A stretch of 64,000 nucleotides of DNA from an uncultured delta proteobacterium (GCA_963727445.1 CAVSGI010000006.1:544001-608000), one strand, 5' to 3'. Counted from the stretch's first letter, positions 1-10,923 are shown. Notes: generated by a model from the sequence alone, not told the origin. A program made the numbers and translations.

Positions 1-428
1 ACTATCAGCTGAGCTCCACCCGACTCTACGGCGCGGGGTGGGCGCTCGTGGGTGACGCCGCAGGCTTCGCCGATCCCATCTTCTCGACCGGCACCTATCT
101 CGCGATGCACGGGGCTCAGATGCTGGCCGACGCCGTGCTCGCGGGGACCGACGCGGCGATGGCGCAATACCAACGGCACTGGCTGAGCGAGCTTCACGCG
201 TGGCAGCGGATCATCGAGCTCTGGTACGACGGGCGGCTCTTCTCGCTCCTTCGTGTGGGGCGCTTCATGCGCCGGCTCCCCCCGGCCCGCCCGGTGGACG
301 ACCACATCGGGCGGCACATGACGCGCATCTTCACGGGCGAGGCGGGCCGGAACGGCTATGGGCAGGCCCTTCTCGGCGTGGTCGCCCCGATGGGCCGCGC
401 TGGGGCCGCGAGCCTGGCCATCCGCTGA
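1..428 (+). CDS. FAD-dependent halogenase/oxidoreductase (tryptophan halogenase-like), C-terminal part, truncated at window start
   Basis: Frame open from position 3: YQLSSTRLYGAGWALVGDAAGFADPIFSTGTYLAM, matching the GDAAxFxDPxxSxG motif of flavin halogenases. Confidence 0.8.
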   Translation, partial: YQLSSTRLYGAGWALVGDAAGFADPIFSTGTYLAMHGAQMLADAVLAGTDAAMAQYQRHWLSELHAWQRIIELWYDGRLFSLLRVGRFMRRLPPARPVDDHIGRHMTRIFTGEAGRNGYGQALLGVVAPMGRAGAASLAIR

Positions 429-457
429 CGAGCGGCCTATTCTCTGCGCGTCGCTCC

Positions 458-1853
458 ATGAGCACGGAAGACGAAAACACGCGGCCGGATTCTGTCTCCG
501 CCCGACGACCTGCCGACCGAGCCCACGCGCATCTCCCATCCGCCTTCGACGCCGGGCGGACAAGCGACGCCGGCGCGGCCGGGCTCGAACCGTCCGCCGG
601 CGCGCCTCGGCAAGACCGTCATGCCACCGGCGACGCCAGGCGTGGGGGTTCGACCAACCCATTCCTCCCGCCCTCCGCGCATGCCCACCGAGCCCGGCAT
701 CGGCACCGCCCGCACGGGGCCGCCGCCGCTGCCGCCGAGCAAGCGTCCCGCGACAGGCGCCCCCGCCGCCGCGCCCCCCGCTGCGACGCCGCCCGTCGCC
801 GCGCCGCCCGCCGCCGCGCCGCGCGCTGCCATGCCTGCCGCCGCCACGCCTCCCGCGGCCGTGCCCCCAGCGCGGACTTCGTTGCCCGAGATGAAGCCGC
901 TGCCGACCCCGCCCCGTTCTCCCTCCGGTCGCCCGATGCCCACCTCCTCGCGGCCGGCGACGAATCCGGCGACCCCCAGGACCTCGACGCCGGTTCGGGC
1001 GTCGCCCGCGCGCGGCACCACCTCCGGCCGCCCGGCGCCTGCGGCCACGCCGGGGAGCGTCCGTCCCTCCGCGCGCCCCATCACCTCCTCGGGGCGCCCC
1101 GCGCCGCTGACCGGGCGCGTGTCGTCCACGCCGCCGCGCACCTCGAGCGTGCCCGGTTCGGTGCTCGAACAGCACGTCGGAAAGATCCGAGCGCGCCTCG
1201 AGCTCCTTGTCGACCGCGTCGAGAAGCTCGAGAAGTCCGAGACCGGGGCGAACGACCGGGTGGCGCGGGACGTGGACTCGCTCAAGCGCGACATGGTGCG
1301 GGTCGCCGCCCTCGCGGAGCGTGGTGGCGCGGTCAAGGACCACCTCAATCGCTTGAGCCGACAGGTCGACGAGCTCACGGGCGGCGCCAAGATGCACAAC
1401 GAGGTCATCAAGCTGGACGCGCGGGTGTCGCGCCTGGCGCGGGAGAGCGAAGACGTTCGCGACCGCCTCGCAGATCGCATCGAGCGGCTCGAGAAGACCC
1501 TCGGGAGCGTCGTCACCGCCATGGACGCGCTGTCGGCGCGTGTCGATGCGCTCGCCGCGGGCGCCGTTGCCGCGCCCGTCGCCGAGGACGCACCCCCGCG
1601 CGCGACGAAGGCCGAAGCCCCCGGAGCCGACGCGGCGACGCCCGAAGGCGGCGCCGACGACCTCCGGCGGATCAAAGGCATCGGACCGAAGTTCGAAAAG
1701 GCGCTCCACGTCGCGGGCGTCCGCCGCTATGCGCAGATCGCCGCCTGGACCGACGCGGACATAGACGCCATGGCCGAACGCATCGGTGTCAAAGCGACTC
1801 GCATCCGCAAAGCGGGATGGGTCGCCAAGGCCAAAGCGCTCCTCGACGGCTGA
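458..1853 (+). CDS. Pro-rich, coiled-coil protein with C-terminal helix-hairpin-helix domain (COG3743-like); +1 frameshift at 490-491
   Basis: ATG 458 MSTEDENTRPD; removing one T from GGATTCTG gives DLSPPDDLPTE in frame with ORF 621..1853; C-terminus DDLRRIKGIGPKFEKAL...IAAWT...WVAKAKAL. Confidence 0.75.
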
Positions 1854-1892
1854 GGCCGCCCTGTCTACACTTCCCTGGTCGGGACGAGCGCC

Positions 1893-2390
1893 TTGGCTGA
1901 CGAAGAGACAGACAAAGAAGAGGAGAGGGCGTCCAGCGGCCCGTCTGCCATCGGCAACCGCACCATGCAGGTGGACGCCCTCGTCGAAGAGGTCTCGGGC
2001 GACATCGACGTGCCGAACGACGTCCTGGCGCAGGTGCTACCCGACCCCGGCGTGCCGCAGGTGAGCAAGCCACCGCCGCTTCCCCCGGAGCGAGTGGGCA
2101 AGGGCACCATCATCGCCGGCGTTCTGATCGTCGTTCTCGCCGCCGGAGGCGGGATCATCTTCGGGATGAAGTTCCTCGGCGAGCCCGAGCCGGTCCCCGG
2201 ACCCGACGAGGAAGGCGAGGCCGTCATCGCCGCGCCGACGCCCGAAGCGGAGGAAGAGGAAGCGACCGACGAGGAGCCGGAGTTCGTGCCGATTCAGCTG
2301 GACGAGGTCGTGGTGTCGAGTGACGAAGAGATCCCCGAAGACGAAGTGATCGTCGAAGAGGAGATTGAGGAGACGGCGCCCGAAGAGTGA
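1893..2390 (+). CDS. Single-pass membrane protein with very acidic C-terminus
   Basis: One hydrophobic segment IIAGVLIVVLAAGGGIIFG and a Glu-rich tail; TTG start. Confidence 0.7.
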   Translation: MADEETDKEEERASSGPSAIGNRTMQVDALVEEVSGDIDVPNDVLAQVLPDPGVPQVSKPPPLPPERVGKGTIIAGVLIVVLAAGGGIIFGMKFLGEPEPVPGPDEEGEAVIAAPTPEAEEEEATDEEPEFVPIQLDEVVVSSDEEIPEDEVIVEEEIEETAPEE

Positions 2391-2394
2391 GCGC

Positions 2395-2904
2395 TCACTC
2401 CGGGTAGCCCGCTTGCTTCCCCATCGCCTCGATCGCCTTCATCAGCTCGTTCTCCCGCGTCTTCAGCTCGGAGCCCTCGAGGCCGAGTGCTGCGAGGGTC
2501 CATTCGCAGCCTTCTTCGATGGTGGAGAAGAAGCTCAGGCGGACTTCGTCGCGGCGCAACAGGAGCAGCCCGCGCAGCAGCGAGCGGACCAGGCTGGTCT
2601 TCAAGCTGTCGCCCACGAGCACCATCGCGCCCGCGACCAGCGCATCCTGATGCGCTCGGACTTGCCGCGACGTCTCCGCGCGGGCCTTGGCGTCGGGGAG
2701 GGCGGCGCCGTAGCTGGTCTCGATGACCGAGACAAATGCGCATCCCTCCGGATAGCGCTCCGCCACGTCGCGGAGCAGGGGCTCGCGCTGCTTCAGGTCC
2801 GAAACGGTGGGGCTGTCGCGATAGTAGAGCAGACCGACGTTTCGGCACGCGCCGTAGCAGATCCCGGGGCGCACCGGCAGCACCACGAGATCGTCGCCAC
2901 CCAT
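2395..2904 (-). CDS. STAS/SEC14 (SpoIIAA-like) domain protein
   Basis: C-terminal 169 aa of ORF 2395..3447 from MGGDD; pattern LPDAKAR...SLVRSLL...FFSTIEEGCEW typical of myxobacterial STAS/SEC14 proteins. Confidence 0.6.
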   Translation of the reverse strand: MGGDDLVVLPVRPGICYGACRNVGLLYYRDSPTVSDLKQREPLLRDVAERYPEGCAFVSVIETSYGAALPDAKARAETSRQVRAHQDALVAGAMVLVGDSLKTSLVRSLLRGLLLLRRDEVRLSFFSTIEEGCEWTLAALGLEGSELKTRENELMKAIEAMGKQAGYPE

Positions 2905-2918
2905 CTGCTGATCATACG

Positions 2919-3362
2919 TCAGTCGGCCTTGCGAAGGGCGACCGCGTTGATGCAATAGCGAAGGCCGGTGGGCTCCGGTCCATCGGGGAAGACGTGGCCG
3001 AGGTGCGCGTCGCAGACGTTGCAGAGCGTCTCGACGCGGACCATCCCGTAGCTGCGGTCGACGTGATAGGCGACCACGTCCTCGGATGCGGGCCGGGTGA
3101 AGGAAGGCCAGCCGGTCCCCGATTCGAACTTCGTCTGCGCGTCGAAGAGGAGCGTGCCGCAGCACACACACGCATAACGGCCCGGCTCGAAGAGCGAGCA
3201 CATCTCGGAGCTGAAGGCGCGCTCGGTGCCGTGCTCGCGCGTGACGTGGAAGGCGTCGGGCGAGAGCTGCTCCCGCCACTCGGCCTCGGTCTTTTCCACC
3301 TTGCGAGGGGGTGGTTGGTTGCCGCTCTCCGCGAGCCTCATGACCTCGTTCCAGTCGAGCAT
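2919..3362 (-). CDS. msrB: Peptide-methionine (R)-S-oxide reductase
   Basis: GTERAF, CVCCG, KFESGTGWPSF, CNVCDAHLGHVFPDGP, RYCIN motifs. Confidence 0.97.
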   Translation of the reverse strand: MLDWNEVMRLAESGNQPPPRKVEKTEAEWREQLSPDAFHVTREHGTERAFSSEMCSLFEPGRYACVCCGTLLFDAQTKFESGTGWPSFTRPASEDVVAYHVDRSYGMVRVETLCNVCDAHLGHVFPDGPEPTGLRYCINAVALRKAD

Positions 3363-3445
3363 GAGTGGGATGTAGAGCAAGAGCCCCGCCGCGACAAGCG
3401 GGGTGCCTTGCGCTCTCGGCCTGCCGCGATCGATAGTCGCGCCTC

Positions 3446-4945
3446 ATGGCCGACGAGTCCCCGAAAGAGCCCTACCATCCACCCGAGGGCGCGTCCTCGG
3501 AGCATCAGATCTCCATCCAGAGCCGCGAGGTCCGCTATCGCGCCGTCGCCGACTTCATCGTCCTGCGCGAGCGCGACGAGCCCGTCGCCGAGCTCTTCTA
3601 CTCGGCGTACTTCGCCGAGACCGATGGCGCGAGCGAGCGGCCTCTGGTCTTCCTCTTCAACGGTGGGCCGGGCGCTTCTTCGGCGTACCTGCACGTGGGT
3701 GCGGTCGCGCCCCGGCGGGTGGTCTTCGGCCCGCGGGGCGAGATGCCGCCGCCACCGGTCCGCCTCACCGACAACGAGGAGACCTGGCTCTCCTTCGCCG
3801 ATCTCGTCTTCGTCGATCCCGTCGGTACCGGCTTCAGCTGGACGGTGGAGCAGAAGAAGAAAGGCGAGGGGGCGAAGGCGAGTGGGGACGACGAGAAGAA
3901 CGAGAGCTACTTCGCGCTGAGCAAGGATCTCGACTCGCTCGGCGAGCTGATGACGCGATTTCTGTCAAAGCACCAGCGCTGGGACTCGCCGATCTTCATC
4001 GCGGGAGAGAGCTACGGGGGCTTCCGCGTCGGCAAGCTCGCGCGCTCGCTTCAAGAGCGCTTCGGGATCGGACTCAACGGCGCGATCCTCATTTCGCCCG
4101 CCCTCGAGCTGTCGTGGCTGATGCCCACGGACTACGACGTGATCCCCTTCGTCGACACCTTCCCGACCATGGCGGCGGTGGCGCATCACCACGGCCGCGC
4201 GTCGGCGCTGTCGGCGCAAGCGAGCTTGGAGGAAGTCGTCGCCGCGGCGGAGACCTTCGCGACCACCGAGCTCGCCTCGCTCCTCTTGCGCGGCCCCGGC
4301 CTCGCGCCCGACGTCCACGACCGGGTGCTGACGAAAGCAGCGGCGTTCATCGGGCTCGACCGTGCGTTGGTGGAGGCGATGCAGGGCCGCGTGCCGAAGG
4401 AGCGCTTCTCGCGCGAGCTCCTTCGCGACCAGGGACGGGTCGTCGGCCTCTACGATGGCACGGTGACGGGCCGGGACCCCTTTCCCGATCGCGTGGGCGG
4501 CGAGGGGCCGGACCCGACGCTGTGGGGCCTCGGGCGTCTCTTCGCCAGTGGCATCAATGCGCATCTGCGGCGCGACCTCGGCGTCACGACCGAACGCCAA
4601 TACGAGCTTCTGAGCCTCGACGTGAACCAGGCGTGGAAGGTCGACACCCAGTCCCACGCCTTCGACATGAACGCGAGCGCCACCGACGACCTCCGCTACG
4701 CCATGTCGCTCAACCCGTCCATGCGCGTCTTCATCACTCATGGCAGGTTCGACCTGGTGACGCCTTACTTCACCTCCAACCGCCTCGCGGATCTGATGAA
4801 GCTCGACGCGCCGAGCCGCGCCCGCGTGCTTCTGAAGCACTTCCACGGCGGGCACATGTTCTACGCCTGGGAGAGCTCGCGCCGCGACTTCACGGAAGAG
4901 GTGCGCGCGTTCGTCGAAGGCGCCATCGGAAGCGAGGACGTATGA
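3446..4945 (+). CDS. Serine carboxypeptidase, peptidase family S10
   Basis: FNGGPG, DPVGTGFS, GESYGG nucleophile motif, DLVTP Asp, GGHMFY His. Confidence 0.92.
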   Translation: MADESPKEPYHPPEGASSEHQISIQSREVRYRAVADFIVLRERDEPVAELFYSAYFAETDGASERPLVFLFNGGPGASSAYLHVGAVAPRRVVFGPRGEMPPPPVRLTDNEETWLSFADLVFVDPVGTGFSWTVEQKKKGEGAKASGDDEKNESYFALSKDLDSLGELMTRFLSKHQRWDSPIFIAGESYGGFRVGKLARSLQERFGIGLNGAILISPALELSWLMPTDYDVIPFVDTFPTMAAVAHHHGRASALSAQASLEEVVAAAETFATTELASLLLRGPGLAPDVHDRVLTKAAAFIGLDRALVEAMQGRVPKERFSRELLRDQGRVVGLYDGTVTGRDPFPDRVGGEGPDPTLWGLGRLFASGINAHLRRDLGVTTERQYELLSLDVNQAWKVDTQSHAFDMNASATDDLRYAMSLNPSMRVFITHGRFDLVTPYFTSNRLADLMKLDAPSRARVLLKHFHGGHMFYAWESSRRDFTEEVRAFVEGAIGSEDV

Positions 4946-6177
4946 CGAGCCTTCGCTTCACCGCCAGCGCCGTGCTCGCTGTCCTCACCGTTCTCGCCAC
5001 GCCTTCGGTGGGGGACGCCTGCATGCCGGGCTTCGCGCATCCGCAGAAAGAGGTGATCCTCTTCTGGCACGAAGGAGTCGAGATCCTGATCTGGCGTGCC
5101 CGCGTCACGCCGCCGCGTGGCGGGGGGATCGGAGAGGAGCCGCCGCCGGTGCCGAGCCAGCTCGCGTGGGTGTTGGCCGTCCCCTCCGCGCCGCTCGCGT
5201 ATCACGTCGTCGACAACGACGCCTTCGATCGCACCACCTACTGGGCACGAGGCCTCGCGGCCACGCCGCCCATGGGTCGCACGGGTGGTGGCGGCGGGAG
5301 CGACGGTATCGGCGGCCTCGAGGTGGGTGAGACGGTTCACGTCGGAGAGTACGACGTCACGCCCATTCAGGCGGACGCGGAGCAGGCGGCGACCGCGCTC
5401 AACACCTGGCTCCGTCGCAATCACTTCCCCCAAGCCGACGAAACCGCGGTGAGCGCCTATGCGGGCGAGGGGGCGACCTTCCTGGCGGTGAAGGCGCGCG
5501 TTCCCCGTGGGACCAGCACCATGGAGCTTCGCCCCGTGGGCATCGCCTTCCGCACCGACGAGATCGTCTTGCCCATCCGCTTGAGCGCCACCGACGATCC
5601 CTTCGGCTTGAGCGCGGTGGTGGTGACCACCCGCGTTCCCGAGCTTTCGGGGCAGCTCTCGAGCGGCCTCGTCGCTTCTGCCCTTCGTCCGCACCACGCG
5701 ACGGGAGACGCACCCATCGGGCGGGTCTCCATCGTCCCCCACACGAACGTCCCCGCCGAGCTCCGCAGCCTGGTCGCCCCCATCACCTCCGAGGTGCCGG
5801 GCTTCGAGCGGATGCTCTCCGGCTCTCTCGCGGTGAGCATGCTGGAGGCGCAGCCCCTGAGCATCGACGTGAACGCGCCCGATCCGAAGATCGCCCTCGG
5901 ACAGGTCGTCACGCCCAACGCCCCGATCGGCGTCGCGGTCGAAGGCCATTGGGACGAGATGGGCAACTTCGCCATCGGACCGCCGCCCGAGCCCACACCG
6001 CCGCCCGAGGCGACTCCTCCGACCGAGGCGACCGCCAGCGCCGCCGCGGCCACCGACGACGAGGAGGACGATGGCGGCTTCTGTAGCGCGGGCGGGCGTG
6101 CTCGTTTTGGGCCCTTCGGGGCTGCACTCTTCGCCCTCGGGCTCGCTCGCTTTTCCGCCCGGAAGCGACGCCGCTAA
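4942..6177 (+). CDS. DUF2330-like secreted protein with MYXO-CTERM-like tail
   Basis: ATGA overlap with the S10 gene; signal ending ...VGDAC; AWVLAVPS, VGEYDV, LNTWLRRN, FLAVK motifs; tail DDGGFCSAG...FALGLARFSARKRRR. Confidence 0.75.
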   Translation: MTSLRFTASAVLAVLTVLATPSVGDACMPGFAHPQKEVILFWHEGVEILIWRARVTPPRGGGIGEEPPPVPSQLAWVLAVPSAPLAYHVVDNDAFDRTTYWARGLAATPPMGRTGGGGGSDGIGGLEVGETVHVGEYDVTPIQADAEQAATALNTWLRRNHFPQADETAVSAYAGEGATFLAVKARVPRGTSTMELRPVGIAFRTDEIVLPIRLSATDDPFGLSAVVVTTRVPELSGQLSSGLVASALRPHHATGDAPIGRVSIVPHTNVPAELRSLVAPITSEVPGFERMLSGSLAVSMLEAQPLSIDVNAPDPKIALGQVVTPNAPIGVAVEGHWDEMGNFAIGPPPEPTPPPEATPPTEATASAAAATDDEEDDGGFCSAGGRARFGPFGAALFALGLARFSARKRRR

Positions 6178-6224
6178 ATTTCTTCCTCTGAAATCACAGC
6201 AGAAATCGTCGTGTCGCGTCCTGG

Positions 6225-6249
6225 GTCACGGTGTGACGCTGGGAGTCAC
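6225..6249. promoter_or_regulatory. Three GTCAC/GTGAC half-sites, putative operator
   Basis: GTCAC 6225-6229, GTGAC 6233-6237, GTCAC 6245-6249 upstream of the 6301 gene (RBS AAGGAG at 6288). Confidence 0.4.
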
Positions 6250-6300
6250 GCCTCCGAGGTGTGGGCGGAAAGGACCGCCCCGTAATCAAGGAGACGACCC

Positions 6301-6855
6301 ATGCGACGATTCATCCCTCTCTTCCTCATGGCCCTCGCGGCCCTCACCTTCACCTCCAGCGCCTCCGCTCAGGACAGCTCAGAGCAGGCCCGCATGTCCC
6401 GCGAGCTCGCCTGCCTCGTCGGCAGCTGGACCGGGAGTGGTCAGGTGCAGATGGGCGGCCAGGAGGTGCCCGTGGAGTTCGAGTACACCTGCCGCTCGGC
6501 GGGAGGCGGCGCCGGCGTCGCATGCCACCTCGAGATGACCGGCATGGAGGGCTTCACCTACCAGTCCGACGACCTGTGGGGCTACGACGCCGGCCGCGGC
6601 CTCGTCCACTGGTACACCGTCACCAACGCCGGCGAGACCCACGACCACAGCGGTCGCGTCGACGGCCGCACCTTCAGGGCGACCTACGTCGGCCGTCGCG
6701 AGGGAAGCCCGATGCGCGAGAACGTGCGCTTCTCCTTCAACAGCCAGAACGAGCTCACCTTCAGCAGCGTCGTCTTCGTCGACCACCAGCGCGTCGAGTC
6801 CTTCGCGGGCGCGGTGACCAAGGAGGCCCGCCGTGCCCAGGCCGATGTTCACTGA
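6301..6855 (+). CDS. Secreted beta-barrel protein, DUF1579-like
   Basis: Signal peptide ending ASA; LVGSWTG and LWGYD motifs; strong RBS. Confidence 0.7.
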   Translation: MRRFIPLFLMALAALTFTSSASAQDSSEQARMSRELACLVGSWTGSGQVQMGGQEVPVEFEYTCRSAGGGAGVACHLEMTGMEGFTYQSDDLWGYDAGRGLVHWYTVTNAGETHDHSGRVDGRTFRATYVGRREGSPMRENVRFSFNSQNELTFSSVVFVDHQRVESFAGAVTKEARRAQADVH

Positions 6856-7681
6856 GCTCGAGCGCGCCGAGGTCGAGGCCTACGTGGACATGTGCCGCGA
6901 AGCGCCTCGAGGAAGCGACGACCCCTGGGCCGAGGCCACCCGTGTCGGCGGAGCGACCGCCCTCGTCGCCACGGGGTTGGCCCCCCAGATGGCGCGCCGG
7001 GTGCTCGGACTGGGCGTCGGCGCGCCGGCGACGAGCAGCGATGTCGACGCGGTGCTCGACTGGATGGCCAAGCGCGCCGACGGCCAGTACGTCGTCGCCC
7101 TCGCCCCCGATGCCCGACCCGGCCGGCTCTACGAGTCGCTCCTCGCCCGTGGCTTCGTTCCGGGGCGCCCGTGGATGAAGTTCCACCGCCTCGCCGCCGA
7201 CCCTCTGCCCACCCTCGACTCGTCGTGCCGGGTCCGGCGGGCCGAGGGCCAGCGAGACGCCATCGCCTTCGCCGACCTCGTGGCCGAGTCCTTCGGGGTG
7301 GGTGAGACCTTCGCCAAATGGATCATGAACCTCGTGGGCCGGCCCGGCTGGGACGTGCTCCTCGCCGCCGACGGCAACGAGATCCTGGGCGCGGGGGCGC
7401 TTCACAGCGGCGGGGCGCTGGGCTGGCTCGGCTTCGGCGCGACCGCTCGCCCACACCGGCAGAGGCGCGTGCACCGGACGCTCTTGTGCGAGCGCATCCG
7501 CCTCGCCGACAGGCGGGGCGTTCGATCGCTGGCGGTGGAGACCGGCGTTCGCGTCCCCGGCGAACCCGACCCCTGCTACCGAAATCTCCTCTGGGCCGGC
7601 TTCGAGGAAGCGTACGTGCGGCCCAATCTGATGTCGCCGGCGCTTCATCGGGCGCGTGTGGCGAAGACGTCTGCGGCGTAG
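6845..7681 (+). CDS. GNAT-family acetyltransferase
   Basis: GWLGFGATARPHRQRRVHRTL acetyl-CoA motif and YRNLLWAGF. Confidence 0.8.
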   Translation: MFTELERAEVEAYVDMCREAPRGSDDPWAEATRVGGATALVATGLAPQMARRVLGLGVGAPATSSDVDAVLDWMAKRADGQYVVALAPDARPGRLYESLLARGFVPGRPWMKFHRLAADPLPTLDSSCRVRRAEGQRDAIAFADLVAESFGVGETFAKWIMNLVGRPGWDVLLAADGNEILGAGALHSGGALGWLGFGATARPHRQRRVHRTLLCERIRLADRRGVRSLAVETGVRVPGEPDPCYRNLLWAGFEEAYVRPNLMSPALHRARVAKTSAA

Positions 7682-7699
7682 ACTCGAGTCGTGTCGGCG

Positions 7700-10600
7700 A
7701 TGACGGACCTCGTGGGACGAACCCGTGAGCTCGAAGTGCTCCGGCGCATCCTCGACAGCGCCTGCGCCGGCCGGGGCGGCATCTGTCTGGTGGCCGGCGA
7801 GCCGGGGATCGGCAAATCGACCCTCGTCTCGCTCCTGTCGGAAGATGCCGCCGAGCGGGGCGCGTGGCCGGTGTGGGGGCGCTGCTGGGAGTCGGGCGGC
7901 GCGCCGGCGTTCTGGCCGTGGATCGAGATCGTGCGCGAGGTGTTGAGCGCGCTCTCGCAGGAGGAGGCCGCGCGGTGCCTGGGCGCGGGCGCGGGCGTCA
8001 TCGCGTCGCTCGTGCCGGAAGTGGCGGCGGTGACGGAGGTGCGGGAGGTCCCGGCGCTCGAGGCGCACCAGGCGCAGTTCCGTCTCTTCGACGCGGTCGG
8101 CTCTTTCCTGAAGCGTGCGGCACGTGACCGCCCGCTTCTGCTGGTGCTCGAGGATCTGCACGCCGCCGACTCCGCGTCGGTGGCGCTCCTCGACTTCGTC
8201 GCGCGGAGCGCGGCCGGTGCGCCTTTGGCGCTCGTCGGCACCTACCGCGTCGTCGAAGCGCGGGCGGCCGGGCTCTTGACGGATCTCGCGCGTCCCGGGC
8301 GCGCGGCCGAGTCCATCGACCTCGGGCCTCTCGACCGGGCGGCGGTCGCCGAGATCGTCGAGCACGTGACCGGGCGTGCGGGGAGCGAGGCGGTCGTCAC
8401 CCGTGTGTTCGAGGCGAGCGAGGGCAATCCGCTCTTCGCGGTGGAGCTGGCCCGCCTGCTGGCGGGGCAGGACGCCCTCGGCGCGCAGATCCCCCTGCAG
8501 GTGGCGGCGGTGATCGGCGAGCGCGTCAGAAGGCTGCCGGAGCCGACCATCGCGCTCCTGGAGCAGCTCTCGGTCCTGGGCAGGGAGATCAGCCACGTCG
8601 ACGCGAGCGAGCTCACCGGGATGGACGCGCGCGCGCTCGAGGAGACGCTCGCACCCGCGATCGAGGGCGGGCTCGTCGCCAAGCCCACCCCGTCGAACTA
8701 TCGTTTCACCCACGCGCTGGTCCGCGAGGTGCTGCACCACGAGCTCGAAGCGACGGACCGCGCCGCGCTACACGGGCGCATCGCCGACATCCTGGCCGAG
8801 CGTCATCAGGGGGATCCCGACGCGCCCCTGTCGCGGATCGCGCATCACTATCGCGAGTCGGGTCCGGCCCAGGCCGAGGCGACCATCCGCTACTGCGTGC
8901 GCGCCGCCGAGCGCGCGCTGGCCGTCCTCGCGCACGCCGAGGCGGCGGATTCTGTACGACCAGGCCCTGAGTCTGCTCGATGCCGCGATGCCGGACGACA
9001 CCACGCAGCGGGCGGCGCTGCTGTTGTCGCGCGGACATGCGCTCCTGCTCGCAGGGGAGATCGCGGCCGGCGAGGACGCGTGCCGTGATGCGGCGCGCCT
9101 CGCGCGTGGCCTCGGCAGCGCAGAGCTCCTCGCCCGGGCGGCTCTGGAATATGGCGGAAAGTTCACCTTCGGCCACGTCGACGCCGAGTTGGTGGCGCTG
9201 CTCGAGGAGGCCCTCGGCGCGCTCGGTGACGAGGTCTCCGGCCTCCGCGCCCGCGTCCTGGCCCGCCTGTCGGCGGCGAAGCAACCGGCGCTCGACCCCG
9301 AACCGCCGATGCAGATGGCCAGGGACGCGATCGCCCTCGCGCGCGAGCTGGGGGACGAACGAACGCTCCTCTCCGTCGTGCGCTCGGCGGTCTCCGCGCT
9401 GATGGACTACGCCCATCCGAGCGAGCGGATCGCGCTCAACCGCGAGCACATCGCGCTGGCGCGCAAGCTGGGCGAGCCGGTGGAGATCCTCCGCGGCCTG
9501 GGCCGCCTCTTCTTCGACTGTCTGGAGATCGGCGACGTCGAGGGATTCAACGCCGCCGCTGACGATTATGCGCGCGTGGCCGAGTCCCTCGACCACCCCT
9601 CCTTCCGCTGGATCAGCGCGGCCTTCCGCGCGGCGCTCAGAACCATGGCGGGGCGCTTCGACGAGGCGCGCGCGCTTCGAGAGCTGGCGATGGACCTGGG
9701 TCGCGAGAGCGGCGACCCGAATGCTTCCTACACGCTTCAGATCCAGGGATACGCGCTCGGACGGACCAGCTACGACGACGAGGTCCTCCGCGCCTTCAGC
9801 GGCGTGGAGCTGGAGGTCGGGCACCAGATCGCGCGGGAGGTCATGCGCGCGAGCTTCTACTTCGGCGCCCGCCAGTACGATCGCATGGCCGAGTCGGTGG
9901 CTGGCGTCGACATGAGTCGCTGGGCTGCCGCTGCCGACCCTCATCTGTTGGTGCACGCGGCGGAGGTGGCGGTGACGATGGCCGACGAGGCTGCCTGTCG
10001 TGCGCTCCACGCGTCGCTCCTGCCCTTCGAGGATCGCAACGTCTCCTGGGGCATGGTCGGCCTGCACTGCGACGGCCCGGTGGATTACTGGCTCGCGATG
10101 CTCGCCTGGACCTTCGGCGACAGGGCAGAGGGAAGGGCTCGCTTCGAGCGCGCCGCGCAGCGCGCGACCAGCCTGCGGGCACCGCCCATGGTGGCGCGCA
10201 TCCTCTACGAGCACGGCCGGCGTCTCGTCGCCGACCCCGACGCGGAGATGCGAAGCGAGGGCGAGGCGCTGCTGGCGCGAGCGCGCGAGCTCGCCGAGAT
10301 ACACGGGATGGAGGGCCTCGTCCTGCGCATCGAAGAAGAGGGGCGTGAAGCGCCGGCGAAGCCCGAGGCGACAGAGGCGCGTCGCGCGGCGCTGGTTCCC
10401 GCCTTCGAGAGGGAAGGTGACGTCTGGGCCATCGCCTTCGGTGAGCAGACGGTGCGCGTGAAGAGCACCAAGGGGATGGAGATCCTCGCGCGCCTGGTGG
10501 CCGAGCCGGGCCGCGAGTATCACGCCCTCGACCTCGGCGGGGGCGGTCGGGCGGTGGCGCAGGCCTCGACCGGCGAGGTGATCGACGAAAAGGCCCGGGC

Positions 10601-10913
10601 CGCGTACCGGCAACGGATCGTCGAGCTCCGTCAGGAGCTCGAGGAGGCGCGAGAGTGGAACGATGCAGGCCGGACCACGCGCGCCCGGGCCGAGCTCGAG
10701 GCGCTCGAAGCCGAGCTCGCGGGTGCGCTCGGTCTCGGAGGGCGCGCACGCGAGGCGGCGGACGATGCGGAGCGCGCGCGGGTCAACGTGCAAAAGCGCA
10801 TCCGCGCCGCGCAGAAGCGGATCGCAGAGCATCACCCGAGCCTCGCCGAGCATCTCGACCGCACCGTGCGCACCGGGACCTACTGCGCCTACGAGCCGCT
10901 GCCTCTGGGCTGA
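7700..10913 (+). CDS. STAND/AAA_16 ATPase transcriptional regulator with TPR-like region and C-terminal putative DNA-binding domain; +1 frameshift at 8950-8951
   Basis: LVGR, Walker A GEPGIGKS, Walker B LLVLEDLH, GNPLF, FTHALVRE; removing one T from GGATTCTG joins ORFs 7691..9088 and 8988..10913 as EAADLYDQAL; C-terminus ERARVNV...RTGTYCAY. Confidence 0.85.
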
Positions 10914-10923
10914 GGGCGGTCGC

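Noticed and set aside
3403..4941. N-terminal 513 aa of ORF 3403..6177
   Set aside because: Shadow of the S10 peptidase; the real gene starts at ATG 4942 with a signal peptide
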